NCBI RefSeq assembly: GCF_001194135.2
Contig: NC_068982.1
Location: forward strand, 73,400,291 to 73,433,106
DNA: 32,816 nt
Direction of reading: 5' to 3'
Origin: Octopus bimaculoides
Lineage: Eukaryota
Shown here: positions 1-10,811 of the stretch, in pieces
How the letters are laid out: each line of letters opens with the position of its first letter
Numbering within the stretch: the first letter of the stretch is position 1
Notes under the pieces: generated by a model
The model's input: the letters and a program-made list of their open reading frames with translations, nothing else
Databases searched by the model: none
Told to the model about the DNA's origin: nothing
Translations under genes and position numbers: made by a program

Positions 1-269
1 ATGCCACCGGCACGAAGGCCAGTCAGGCGGTACTGGCAACGGCCATGCTCAAAATGGTGTATTTTATGTGCCACCCACACAAGAGCCAGTCCAGGGGCAC
101 TGGCAATGATCTCGCTCGAAAGTCCTTACACATGCCGCAGGCACAAGTGCCAGAAAGGCGACAATGGGCACAGGTGCCATCACAATTTCGCTTTCGCTTG
201 CCTCAATAAGTCTTCGCAAGCTGAGTTTCATGTCCAATGAGGGAGACGACGTTGGCATAGGTGCCAGAC
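1..269 (-). mobile_element. RTE-LINE 3'UTR-derived tail element (partial, runs off window start)
   Basis: Reverse complement matches 13170-13420 (ctggcacc.atgccaac.tcgtctcc...gagcgagatcattgccagtg...tgactggccttcgtgccggtggcat). Confidence 0.8.
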
Positions 270-369
270 GTCAAATTTAACTCGATTTTGATATAATATA
301 TATATATAGTCATCTAAGAATTCATAAGCCAGAAAAAATAGGTACTTGTATTGTCTGTCGATATTATCT

Positions 370-580
370 TTATGCCTGTGTATATGTTTGTGTCTTAGTT
401 TTTGTGTTTGATCCCACTTGAAAATTGGCATTGGTTTGTTCATGTACCTGTGACTTAGCAGCTAGGCAAAAGTACCTGATTTAAAAATAAACACTGGGTT
501 TCACTGGTTCAACTAAATCCTTGAAGATAGTCGCCCAGCATGGTCACAGTCAAATGACTGAAACAAATAAAAGATATAAA
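370..580 (+). mobile_element. tRNA-derived SINE family A, degenerate 3' half
   Basis: Ends ccagcatggtcacagtcaaatgactgaaacaaataaaaga, the same tail as the full copies at 3439-3846 and 22604-23040. Confidence 0.7.
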
Positions 581-1313
581 CATTTGATATTCACTGTTGC
601 AAAGATGTGAAGATTTATTTCATCACAATATTCTTTATATCTTGAAATAATATAAATTTTATGGTACAGCTGGTTTTAGCAATCATTCTTCTTGGTTGAA
701 TTGTTTGGTTTGGTTTCACATGTTACAGATTCATGATGTCAACCCTAAAATCTTCTTTACATATTCTTTGGTGATAGTTCCCATATATCTATTTCTAGAG
801 TCATATATGCCAATATTAGTTTCCATATATGCCAGTACTAAAACCTTCTCTTGGGGAAGGTATCAGGTCGTCATGGGATGTGCTAAAACACCAGCTAAAT
901 CGCCCTTAAATTACACACAAATGTTTTCCTTTTGCAGGTTTGTATAAATTCCAGTGTGTAGAACACAAATTTGCAAAGATTTTCAGAAAATTGCAAAAAA
1001 TAAAAAATTATAAGAGGTTATTAGGATGCTTAAACCAGAAATCAGCTGAAAAATCTGCCTGTATAAACCTGTCCAGCACATGGAAAATGAATGCTAAAAT
1101 GACAACGATGACGACAACCATTATGATGACATATCTTTAAATGTTTGGTAAATGTTTACAACTTACCATTATTCTTCTAGTAAGAATCTTGGGTGCAATT
1201 TTTAAACAGAGCAAGAGGTAATTCTTGAGAAGTCACATCTACACCAAAATGTTTTTGATAAACAATAACACCACATCATCTTATTTTACTGCCCACTCAA
1301 ATATCAGGTCTGC

Positions 1314-1471
1314 CAGAGGTGTAGCTAGAGTGTCTGCTGTACAGGGTAGCCATTGAGTGTGCCACCTCCAATCAGGTCAGCCCTTGAGTGTCCCAACCAG
1401 ATCTCCACAACAGACCCAAAAATGCAGCCCTCATAAGAGCATGGACTGCCTCATACCCTCACTACATTACT
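1314..1471. mobile_element. Possible degenerate hAT (Tip100-like) MITE
   Basis: Left cagaggtgtagc and right ctacattactg are decayed versions of a CAGTGGCGTAGC-type TIR; no TSD verified. Confidence 0.25.
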
Positions 1472-1756
1472 GGGGTCTGTTTACTTAGTGCAAAGAAATT
1501 AATATTTAGTATACAAGCATTGATGAACAAACAGTAAACCTCTCAATGACTAGAGGCTGTGACATATTTCCTCTTTGAAAATATAGGATTTTTGGATCTC
1601 CTATAGCTTAGGGTCAAAAGAGAAAATGGTGCATCTGATTCTTGCAGATGCATGAATTCATGGTACACATTCATGAGTGTACAGATGTGCAAACACATAC
1701 AAACACACACACATATATATATTATTTGAAATGTATAGTATTAAATATCCATCACG

Positions 1757-1846
1757 GCTGATCTTACTAATCGGTTTCGCATAAAGAATACAATGGAGTT
1801 TTAGGTAACAAACTGATTATATAACTTTATGCTCATCAGAGTTAGC
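1757..1846 (-). ncRNA. Type I hammerhead ribozyme motif (HHR1)
   Basis: Minus strand: gctaact-CTGATGA-gcataaag-[38 nt]-ctttatgc-GAAAC-cgatta-GTA^agatcagc. Perfect 8-bp stem II, both core boxes, GUA cleavage triplet, imperfect stem I. Confidence 0.75.
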
Positions 1847-1849
1847 TGA

Positions 1850-2843
1850 TTTGGAAGGGAATATGGCAACTGCTTTCTATTGTCGGAGGTGGATTAGCAC
1901 AACCAGTCAGCGGCTGCTGTGTAAAAGGTGGTGGAATGAAAAAGGGCCAGGGATTAGTTTAGGAGTTATGTCCCTGTGTTGCGTATGCTGTGAAGCAGCC
2001 AAGAGTTATCTTGAAGTGGGGAAAGTGTGTATTATTAATGTAGTACTCCTGTAGGGATGAGGTGTGTGGTGTCATATGTATAATTTTTTCCAGGGGTGTA
2101 GGTATATATAGCTGTGTTTGTTGGTCTGTTTTCTTTCTGTTAAGGACGAAGCCATGTGAGATTTTTTTTTTATGTTAGCATGCAGTGTGTAATGTGTGTG
2201 TGAGGGGGTCTATGTATATGTGGGGGTACAATTTGTGTGAAGAGGTATGTGTTGGTGGGGAGACAGTTTATTTTGTGGGGTGTCCGCTTTAAAGGAGTGT
2301 ACATGGGTGCCTTGGTGTGTGCTTTGGTCAAACTCATTTTGCTGGGCTCAAGGGCATTGGTAGAAGGCCATTTGTGGAAGGTCAATGCAGGGAACCTGTG
2401 CTTGCAGTCATGGTGGGGCGTGCAGGTATGATGGAATGTACTTCCTTTCATGCAGGCAAGAATTAAACACCTCACTCCTGCAATTCAGGTAAATATCCAG
2501 GCATTGGGTACCTTTTAAAATTGCTCTCTTCTCAGCAAGACATAATCTGCAGTTCCTGCTGCTATTGAAGTATGATTTGCATCTTTCTAGGATCTTCCAC
2601 TTTATGCTGTACTCCATGGCACTTTCTTTCAAAGTCCAGGTGTGCTTGGCTAGGGTTGTGGTATTACATCTCTCTGGGATGTTGAATGAGGACTATATAT
2701 ACAAAGTATGGGGGGGGGGGTTAGTTCACAGGTGATCTAAACAATTAGGTACACTAGGCAAGGGCTGTAATGGATTACTAGGGCTCTAAGGTTATAGCCA
2801 AGACGGTAGTTATGGAGCCATTGCAGATTTCCGATGCAGCGGA
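1850..2843 (-). mobile_element. Penelope-like element remnant: GIY-YIG endonuclease C-terminus plus probable 3' region
   Basis: 2408-2690 translates SFNIPERCNTTTLAKHTWTLKESAMEYSIKWKILERCKSYFNSSRNCRLCLAEKRAIL...LNCRSEVFNSCLHERKY, matching the PLE GIY-YIG C-terminal pattern (LSKHIW.LK, W.IL, C.LC..EK, LN.RSE...C.H..K). The region upstream is frameshifted. Assignment of 1850-2407 is by position only. Confidence 0.8.
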
Positions 2844-2930
2844 TATATAATTGTTAAAGAGGACAACAAACATTAAGGCAAGGCAAACATCTCAAGTCAT
2901 ATACAATATTGTTACAGAAAGAAATTAAAA

Positions 2931-2986
2931 ATCTTACACCTGTTTCTGGGATATCCTTGAGTGTGGGATATTCCATCATCAGAGAC
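2931..2986 (-). ncRNA. Minimal type I hammerhead ribozyme motif (HHR2)
   Basis: gtct-CTGATGA-tggaatatcc-cacactcaa-ggatatccca-GAAAC-aggt-GTA^agat; stem II is 10 bp with one mismatch. Confidence 0.75.
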
Positions 2987-3289
2987 AAACTGGGGAAAAA
3001 TATGGAAAATGAGAAAGGTATATATCAATAAGATAACATAGAGGAAGGGAGTAAAGGAATAAGGAGATGGAAAGAAACAAGAAAAAAAGAGGCATGAAAG
3101 TTTGTAGTTCAACTTTCCAAAGTTATAGAAACCAAAGCAGGAGTCCTTAGGTGCAATCCTGCATATATCCATGAGTGTAAGTCTTTTTTTCTTCTTTCTT
3201 TCCATCTCCTTATTCCTTTACTCCCTTCCTCTATGTTATCATCTTATTGATATATACCCTTCTTATTTTCCATATTTTTTCCCCAATAT

Positions 3290-3345
3290 GTCTCTGATGA
3301 CGGAATATCCCACACTCGAGGAAATCCCAGAAAGAGCTGTAAGAT
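3290..3345 (+). ncRNA. Minimal type I hammerhead ribozyme motif (HHR3, paralog of HHR2)
   Basis: gtct-CTGATGA-cggaatatcc-cacactcga-ggaaatccca-GAAAG-agct-GTA^agat; more mismatches than HHR2 (C15.2 to G). Confidence 0.6.
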
Positions 3346-3438
3346 TTTTAATTTCTTCCTGTAATAATATTGTATATGACTTGAGATGTTTGCCTTGTCT
3401 TCATGTTTGATGCCGTTTGACAATTATATATATATATA

Positions 3439-3846
3439 CTCTTTTACTCTCTCATTTACTTGTTTCAGTCACTTGACTGCGGCCATGCTGGAGCACCGCC
3501 TTTAGTTGAGCAAATCGACCCAAGGACTTATTCTTTGTAAGCCTAGTACTTATTCTATCGGTCTCTTTTGCCGAACCGCTAAGTTATGGGGACATAAATA
3601 CACCAGCATCGGTTGTCAAGCAATGTTGTGGGGACAAACTCAGACGTACAAACACACACACACATATATATATATACATATACGACGGGCTTCTTTCAGT
3701 TTCTGTCTACCAAATCCACTCACAAGGCTCTGGTCGGCCTGTGGCTATAGTAGAAGACACTTGCCCAAGGTGCCACGCAGTGGGACTGAACCCGGAACCA
3801 TGTGGTTGGTAAGCAAGCTACTTACCACACAGCCACTCCTGCGCCT
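3439..3846 (-). mobile_element. tRNA-derived SINE family A (octopus OR/OK-like, CORE-like motif), full length
   Basis: Head ggcgcaggagtggctgtgtggtaagtagc...ggttcagtccc with A/B-box-like motifs, CORE-like ccttgggcaag, internal microsatellite and gtaaaaga tail. Near-identical copies at 14019 and 21349. Confidence 0.9.
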
Positions 3847-4498
3847 ATGTATATGTATATAGTTGAATAAAATTTGTGTAAAAATCTTGTAGTATGCTAA
3901 ACAAAGCTCATCCACAGATAGTTAACCAAATGTCATCATACAATGGAAATATTTTCATCACGGGATATACATCTGGAATCCCATAGTATCCATAGGGTTT
4001 ATATAAAGAAATGAACAAGAGAAGATGGATTAAATGTTTAAGCTTAGCAATACTATAAACCTAATATTAGAACTCAATATACATATTGAGAAATGCATAT
4101 ACATCAGAAAAAAGAAAAGAGTGTTAGTCAAGTACAGAAATAAAATATAAGAAATAAAGTATCAAGAACTTATGTAATGAACTACATTAGCTTACAGATG
4201 TTTCTGTTTGTAGGATGCAATATGCTCATAGCTGAGTACTTGTGTAACACTTTATAGCTTTGTTAGAGCTTCAAAAGTTAGTTCTGATCCAGCAGACCTG
4301 TGATAATAATAATGAGCCTCCCCTTTTTAAATGATTCATGAGTGTTTTTTTTTATTTTTAGTTTTCTGATAATCATATTGTTTTTATATTTGATGGTGAT
4401 TTTTTTTTTCCATATATATAAATGCTTTCCCAAATAAAACTGCATTTCACATTAACAACTAGCAACATTCATCTCAGCTAACAAAGAAACCTCTAAGG

Positions 4499-4751
4499 GA
4501 AGGGTTCTCAACCTTTTTTTTTTTTTCTATGGACCCCTTTGATTGCTATTTTATTCTAGTGACTCCCAGTCATTCGATGCTTAAAAACTAGTATTATAGA
4601 AAATTCCTATTTTGTTTTTCACACATTAACTTCTGTAGATGGAACTATGTAAAATGTTAGCTGTTTCTTGCAAAGGGGCCCTTACATTACTATTGTGGAT
4701 CTCTGTTTGACCCCCACAAAATCTTATATGAACCCCAGTTGAGAACCACTG
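4499..4751. mobile_element. hAT (Charlie-like) MITE
   Basis: TIRs (gaag)ggttctcaac...gttgagaaccactg; the left flank ctctaagg resembles the NTCTAGAN target preference. Confidence 0.6.
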
Positions 4752-5246
4752 CTCACGCCATCCGTTAGAAATAAAAGTAACTCTCCACCTGGAGATGTAT
4801 GTCTCCAGTAGGGTTACACTCTCTGTAGGGAAATAAGATTTTAATAAATCTTTATATTGTATTTGTCTCTCTGACAGTCTATTGTTGATGATGATTAACT
4901 CTTCGTCGACGTTGATCCAGTTGTCTTCCATGATCAAGGGCAGTTCATTAATAATGATTTGGCTGCTATTTCTAGCAGAATGAGTGACCACTAAGGGACA
5001 GTTCCGACCTGGGGTAAACTCCACATGCATACACGCACACATGATGTATACATCCACGCAAACATACAAACGCGTACTCATTAAATAAGCCTTTAGCGTG
5101 TTGTTAAGCCACAGGTCAGTTCTGACCGAGCAGATGTATGACCAAAGACAATTTATCCATAACTATCCCGTTTTTTCTATTTTTCAGGCATTACAGCATT
5201 GACTGCATAATCTAATGTATAACATGATTTGGGGTTTGGGACTTAA

Positions 5247-5577
5247 GAAGACGAGAAAGTTACTTTTGGAACGCACTTACATGACGGAACGGTCACAATT
5301 GGAATACTTTACTGCATGTCTTTGCGCGTCATCGTACATTTTTGCGTGTGTGTAAGCACGCAAAAGCACGCATGCGCAATAAATGTTCGATTTTGGCGCT
5401 TGAAATTATTTTCGAAATGTCAAGAGTTTCGTCTTCATATCATACGAAACACATACTTAATCGATCTACATATTGTTCATTAAAATCTAAAATAATTACG
5501 ACTAGCTGATCAATATTTTTCTTATCTTGTTTTAAATTTTCTTTAAAATATTGTTCTAATCTAAAAAGTTACTCTTC
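5247..5577. mobile_element. Possible non-autonomous DNA transposon
   Basis: Imperfect terminal inverted similarity (ttaa|gaag...agttactttt versus aaaaagttactcttc|tttta) and an internal 9-bp hairpin at 5340-5365. Confidence 0.25.
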
Positions 5578-6789
5578 TTTTACTCCGTATTCTTATATCA
5601 AATTGCATTGACTCACAAAATATTGCACTATGCAATAAATCTGTTCCTCGTCATTTAAACGTTTATAATATGGAAATAAAAAAAAGACCCAAAGCTGAAC
5701 AAAAAAAAACCATTGAGAGTTATCTCCTCTTGATAATTATTATGTTTCTCTATTGATTACATTAACACATGCTTGTTTAAGACTCAGACAATAGGGAAAT
5801 ATAAAACTGTGATGTTCATGCCTTTCCTTTATTATTCATTAGCAATGTAAGGGACGTAGAGTCAACTAAGAATACCCGAATTCTTGACTTACTGTTGACC
5901 TCATTTGTTAACCACCAACTCGATCATTAATGGAAAATAGTTTCATCTCACCTGTTTTTACTACTTTGCTATACCGATTATTGTTTTACCTTCCAGATAC
6001 ACATATACATGTATGTGTGTGTTTGTATGTAGGTATGTATATCAGTTCATTTTGCGTATACCACAAATTTATTCTCTAGAACGATGTAAATGTTTTATTG
6101 CCTTCACAGTGTTTACCGTTTTACAAAATTAAATTAGAAAATTGGACAAAACAGAAAACACAATTGAAAACAATTAAAAAGAGAAAAAAAGGAAAAAAAT
6201 CAAAGCAATTCACCTCCTTGGGTTTTCAACCAAAGTCTATATGGCCCCTGGGGGTCCATGCTAGTAAAATAGTAAATTAGGGATCCACAGCAGTATTTTG
6301 GTCAATATAAAGATCTTCACCTGGAAAAAAAAATAAAATAATAATAATAAACCAGCCTGGTGGGTGTTAACAAGTATGTAGAAAACGAATATGAAAAAAA
6401 ATGCGCACTGACGACCNNNNNNNNNNNNNNNNNNNNNNNNNNNNNNNNNNNNNNNNNNNNNNNNNNNNNNNNNNNNNNNNNNNNNNNNNNNNNNNNNNNN
6501 NNNNNNNNNNNNNNNNNNNNNNNNNNNNNNNNNNNNNNAATTCACAAGATCCGATTTTTTCCGTCATAACTTCCGGTAAAATGGATATATATATTAATTT
6601 TTTTTTTTTACGGAATCCCACGTATCGAGGATCCGATTCTGAAAAACAAAATTTCAATGACCCCCCCCTACCTCTTCATTTTTCACTTACTTGCTTACTT
6701 CCTTTGTCGTGTGTATTAAATATCAACAAATTAATGTTAATATACATTAATGTTAGAGGTCAAGTATTTTTTGGTTTTGAAAAGAAACC

Positions 6790-7130
6790 CACCTTTGTTA
6801 TGCAGTCTTGTCAATGTGTTGAATGTTGGGTATCAGTTACCTTGGAAGTTATCAGAAACTGTGCATCACAGAGTAAGAAGCATGAATGATCTTTGCAGAG
6901 TGCATAAATTCACAGGTAGGGTGACTTCATTAAAATGCTTTTAGGAGATGTATGACTTGTCATGAATTTTTCTAACCAAGTTGTTATTGACAAGAATTGT
7001 CCATTAACAAACAGGTTTATCAGAAGTTTGCTATGACAGCTACAGTCTAAAGGTCTTCTGATGTTTTATGAGAAATTCATAATGAAGCACAATGGCTTTG
7101 AGATTAACAATAGTTTGTATCTCTTCAATT
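6790..7130 (-). pseudogene. Highly decayed CR1/Jockey-group LINE RT remnant
   Basis: With indels reads KAIVL..NISKTFD..CHSKLLINL...WLEKFM...(P)QG..PT(L)F, resembling DISKAFD/H..LL.KL/W..SFL/PQGSVL.P.LF. Confidence 0.4.
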
Positions 7131-7595
7131 TCATTAGCTTGTATCACTTAAGTGTTTACTCTAGTTACTATGGCAATAAAATGTTCAACTCTTTCCTCAT
7201 CTTTGGAAGGCCATCTAGCTGCCAAATAACTCTCCTTGGGAAATTGCAGAAAGCTACCCCATTTTATCTTTGTGTGGAGAAATGAATCTCAACAGGAAAA
7301 TAATCTCACAAAATAACTATTGTATAAATTAACAATATGAGAATATTTTTGTTTTATTTATCAGTATTGCCTCTTTTTCTCTCAATAAGCCCTGCTACTA
7401 ATCCCTTCTCTTTCCCCCTGTTCTCTGCCATATTCCACCAACCTCTCCTTAATATAGCATTCCTTATCCCTGTACTTAGAATCATATCATCATCCTCTCT
7501 ATCTTCTGTTCTCCATCAGTTAAAAGGGCCACTTTAGTGCCTTAGCCTTGAAAGTTATAATGCGATAATAACTAGTTCTGCTGTCATAAAAAAAA

Positions 7596-7765
7596 AAGGC
7601 ACCCAATGCACATAGTAGAGTGGTTGGCATTAGAAAGAGCATCCAGCGATAGAAGCCATTTTACAGTATACATTGGGGCAAAAATGCAGTTCTCTGATTT
7701 GTCAAATCCCGTCAGTGTTCAATTGATGCCGGCTTGGAATTTAGATGTTAAATCATCATAATGTT
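7596..7765 (+). mobile_element. Degenerate RTE tail-only element
   Basis: aaaaggcaccca...gagtggttggcattagaaagagcatccagc...gatgttaaatcatcataatg parallels the RTE 3' tail at 10078-10239. Confidence 0.6.
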
Positions 7766-8935
7766 CTCTTAACCTTCACCTGAATCAAGAAGGCTGACTT
7801 CTATTTATTAATGAGTGCAAAAGTCATAAAGCTTTAGAATAGTGGTGACTGTTGAGCTAAGCTGCAATATAAAGATGCCTGTATCATAGCTTAAATGAGC
7901 TTAGCTTGGAATGTTAGATATTTTCCCAATTATTTCAAATTTCAACCAGACAAAGTACATGAAAATGAACCCATTATTGGTGGTCATCCAACACTTCATA
8001 AGAAGTTTATATAAAAAGTTTTCATTGTTCACAGATCCAATGAAAGGAAATAAAATATTCTTTCATAAACTAAATTGTGCATGTACACACATGCACACAT
8101 GTATATAGTTCAAATTTACAGAAAACAAAAAATGAAGACAGGTGTATTAGTATAAGTTTAATGCTTTGAAAGAATGGAAAAGTCTTTGATGTCTCTAGCC
8201 TATGCTCTTTGACAGAAAGGATTAAGAAGAAAAAATGGAGAGAGAACGAAAAAAAATGGTAAGAGAAATATATATTTTCTATCACGGATCAGTATACCCC
8301 TCTCGTTCTTCCTCTGTTACTACTACGTATCTCTTTTTTCCCCCCTTGTACTTCCTCTCTTTCTCTTTTCCTCTCGTTGCTCACCTATTCTTCTACTTCC
8401 TCCCTTTGTTTCTCCCTCTGCCACTCTCTCTCTTCCCCTTACACCGGCATGGTCACATGCTTCCGGTCAATAATCCTATTCTTCCTTGGCTGTCGCCGAG
8501 CAAACACACGAACCATTTCGTCCCTACTTTCAAGTTCGTGCCTCACAGTGTTCACACACAAACAATTTTTCTCGTCTGGCCGTAAAGCCTTTTCTGTTTG
8601 TNNNNNNNNNNNNNNNNNNNNNNNNNNNNNNNNNNNNNNNNNNNNNNNNNNNNNNNNNNNNNNNNNNNNNNNNNNNNNNNNNNNNNNNNNNNNNNNNNNN
8701 NNNNNNNNNNNNNNNNNNNNNNNNNNNNNNNNNNNNNNNNNNNNNNNNNNNNNNNNNNNNNNNNNNNNNNNNNNNNNNNNNNNNNNNNNNNNNNNNNNNN
8801 NNNNNNNNNNNNNNNNNNNNNNNNNNNNNNNNNNNNNNNNNNNNNNNNNNNNNNNNNNNNNNNNNNNNNNNNNNNNNNNNNNNNNNNNNNNNNNNNNNNN
8901 NNNNTATATATATATATATATATATATTAGTAGTG

Positions 8936-10239
8936 TCTCAGCTAGAACTAGAGAAGTTTCAGGTGTGGAAGCAAGGTTTAGAATCGATCTAATCAGTCTA
9001 GAATAGAAAAACCAAAGTCTTAGTAAGTTGGAAGGCAGACAAATCACAAATCCCTTCAGATAGATGGTCCTGCTCGATCTGTCAAAAAGCCGTAGGTAGC
9101 AACTTCATAAGCTCTACCTGGTGTAAGCTATAGACACATAAGAGGGGCAACAATATCAAAGGAAGGTTAACTGGGAAGATAGTTTTTGTGTGGCAGATGC
9201 ACAGGGGAATGAACACCGAAAATGTAGAGAAAAGAGATTCCATCACATGATAGGGGAAAAATTACAATTAGTTGATAGCTTCTGTTACCTCGGTGACCAA
9301 GTCAGTAGCAGGAGTGGATGCTCTGAGAGTGTAGCTGCTAGAATAAGAATAGCCTGGGCAAAGTTCAGAGAGCCTCTTCAGAGTGAAAGGTAGACTGTAT
9401 GATGTATGTGTGCAAACAGCCATGCTACATGGCAGTGAAACATAGGCTGTGACTGCTGAGGACATGGGTAGCCTTGAATGAAAGGAAGCTAGTATGATCC
9501 ACTGGATGTGTAATATCAGTGTGCATACACGACAGAGTGTAAGTGCCCTGAGAGAAAAGTTGGACATCAGAAGCATCAGTTGTGGTGTGCAAGGGAGATT
9601 GCGCTGGTATGGCCATGTGTTGCATATGAATGAGGACAGCTGTGTGAAGAAGTGTCACAACCTAAATGTGGAGGGAACCTGTGGAAGAGGTAGACCAAGG
9701 AAGACCTGGGATGAGGTGGTGAAGCATGGCCTTTGAACGTTGGCCCTCACAGAGGCAATAACAAGCAACCGAGACCTTTGGAGATATGCTGTGCTAGAGA
9801 AGACCTGACAAGCCAAGTGAGATCATAGCCATGGCTAATGCCAGTATCACGTAACTGGCCCGTTTAAAAGTATCCTTGAATCATTGGGCAATATGCTGTG
9901 CTTGAGAAGACCTGTTGAGTTAAGTGAAATTGTTGTCGTGGCCAATGCCAGTGCTGCCTGACTGGCATGTAAAAAGCAGCATTCGAGTGTGGCCAGTGCT
10001 GGTGTCACGTAAAAAGCACCATTTGAGCGTGGTCACTGCCAGTGCCACCTGACTTGCCCCTGTGCCAGTGACATGTAAAAAGCACCCACTACACTCTCGG
10101 AGTGGTTGGCGTTAGGAAGAGCATTCAGCTGTAGAAACCTTGCTGGAACAGATTGCAGCCTCCTAGCTTGCCAGTCCTCAGTCAAACCATTCAACCCATG
10201 CCAGCATGGAAAGCAGACATTAAACAATGATGATGATGA
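8936..10239 (+). mobile_element. 5'-truncated RTE-clade LINE: RT C-terminus, 3'UTR and (GAT)n tail; frameshifted
   Basis: ELEKFQVWKQGLES, KTKVLVS, VDSFCYLGDQVS, ARIRIAWAKFRE, RLRWYGHVLHMNEDSCVKKC..VEGTCGRGRPRKTWDEVVK are RTE RT/thumb motifs; ends taaacaatgatgatgatgat. Confidence 0.92.
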
Positions 10240-10772
10240 TATATATATATATANNNNNNNNNNNNNNNNNNNNNNNNNNNNNNNNNNNNNNNNNNNNNNN
10301 NNNNNNNNNNNNNNNNNNNNNNNNNNNNNNNNNNNNNNNNNNNNNNNNNNNNNNNNNNNNNNNNNNNNNNNNNNNNNNNNNNNNNNNNNNNNNNNNNNNN
10401 NNNNNNNNNNNNNNNNNNNNNNNNNNNNNNNNNNNNNNNNNNNNNNNNNNNNNNNNNNNNNNNNNNNNNNNNNNNNNNNNNNNNNNNNNNNNNNNNNNNN
10501 NNNNNNNNNNNNNNNNNNNNNNNNNNNNNNNNNNNNNNNNNNNNNNNNNNNNNNNNNNNNNNNNNNNNNNNNNNNNNNNNNNNNNNNNNNNNNNNNNNNN
10601 NNNNNNNNNNNNNNNNNNNNNNNNNNNNNNNNNNNNNNNNNNNNNNNNNNNNNNNNNNNNNNNNNNNNNNNNNNNNNNNNNNNNNNNNNNNNNNNNNNNN
10701 NNNNNNNNNNNNNNNNNNNNNNNNNNNNNNNNNNNNNNNNNNNNNNNNNNNNNNNNNNNNNNNNNNNNNNNN

Positions 10773-10811
<39 letters not shown>

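Larger units (their letters stand above)
2844..3430. repeat. Long inverted repeat (arms 2844-3090 and 3182-3430, ~91-bp spacer), Penelope pseudo-LTR-like
   Basis: The reverse complement of the left arm aligns to the right arm at about 90% identity by eye; each arm carries an HHR motif. Confidence 0.9.

Noticed and set aside
1167-1238. Minus-strand exon ending at a GTAAGT donor
   Set aside because: All three frames contain stops.
4626-5081. 151-aa minus-strand ORF
   Set aside because: Crosses a microsatellite, a repeat fragment and a hAT MITE; no recognisable domain.
6539-6670. Possible DNA-transposon end (G/C-run terminus)
   Set aside because: The partner end cannot be matched because of the adjacent gap.
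6841-6858. 18-nt minus-strand micro-exon with good splice sites
   Set aside because: Overlaps the PQG-like motif of the decayed LINE RT, so likely coincidental.
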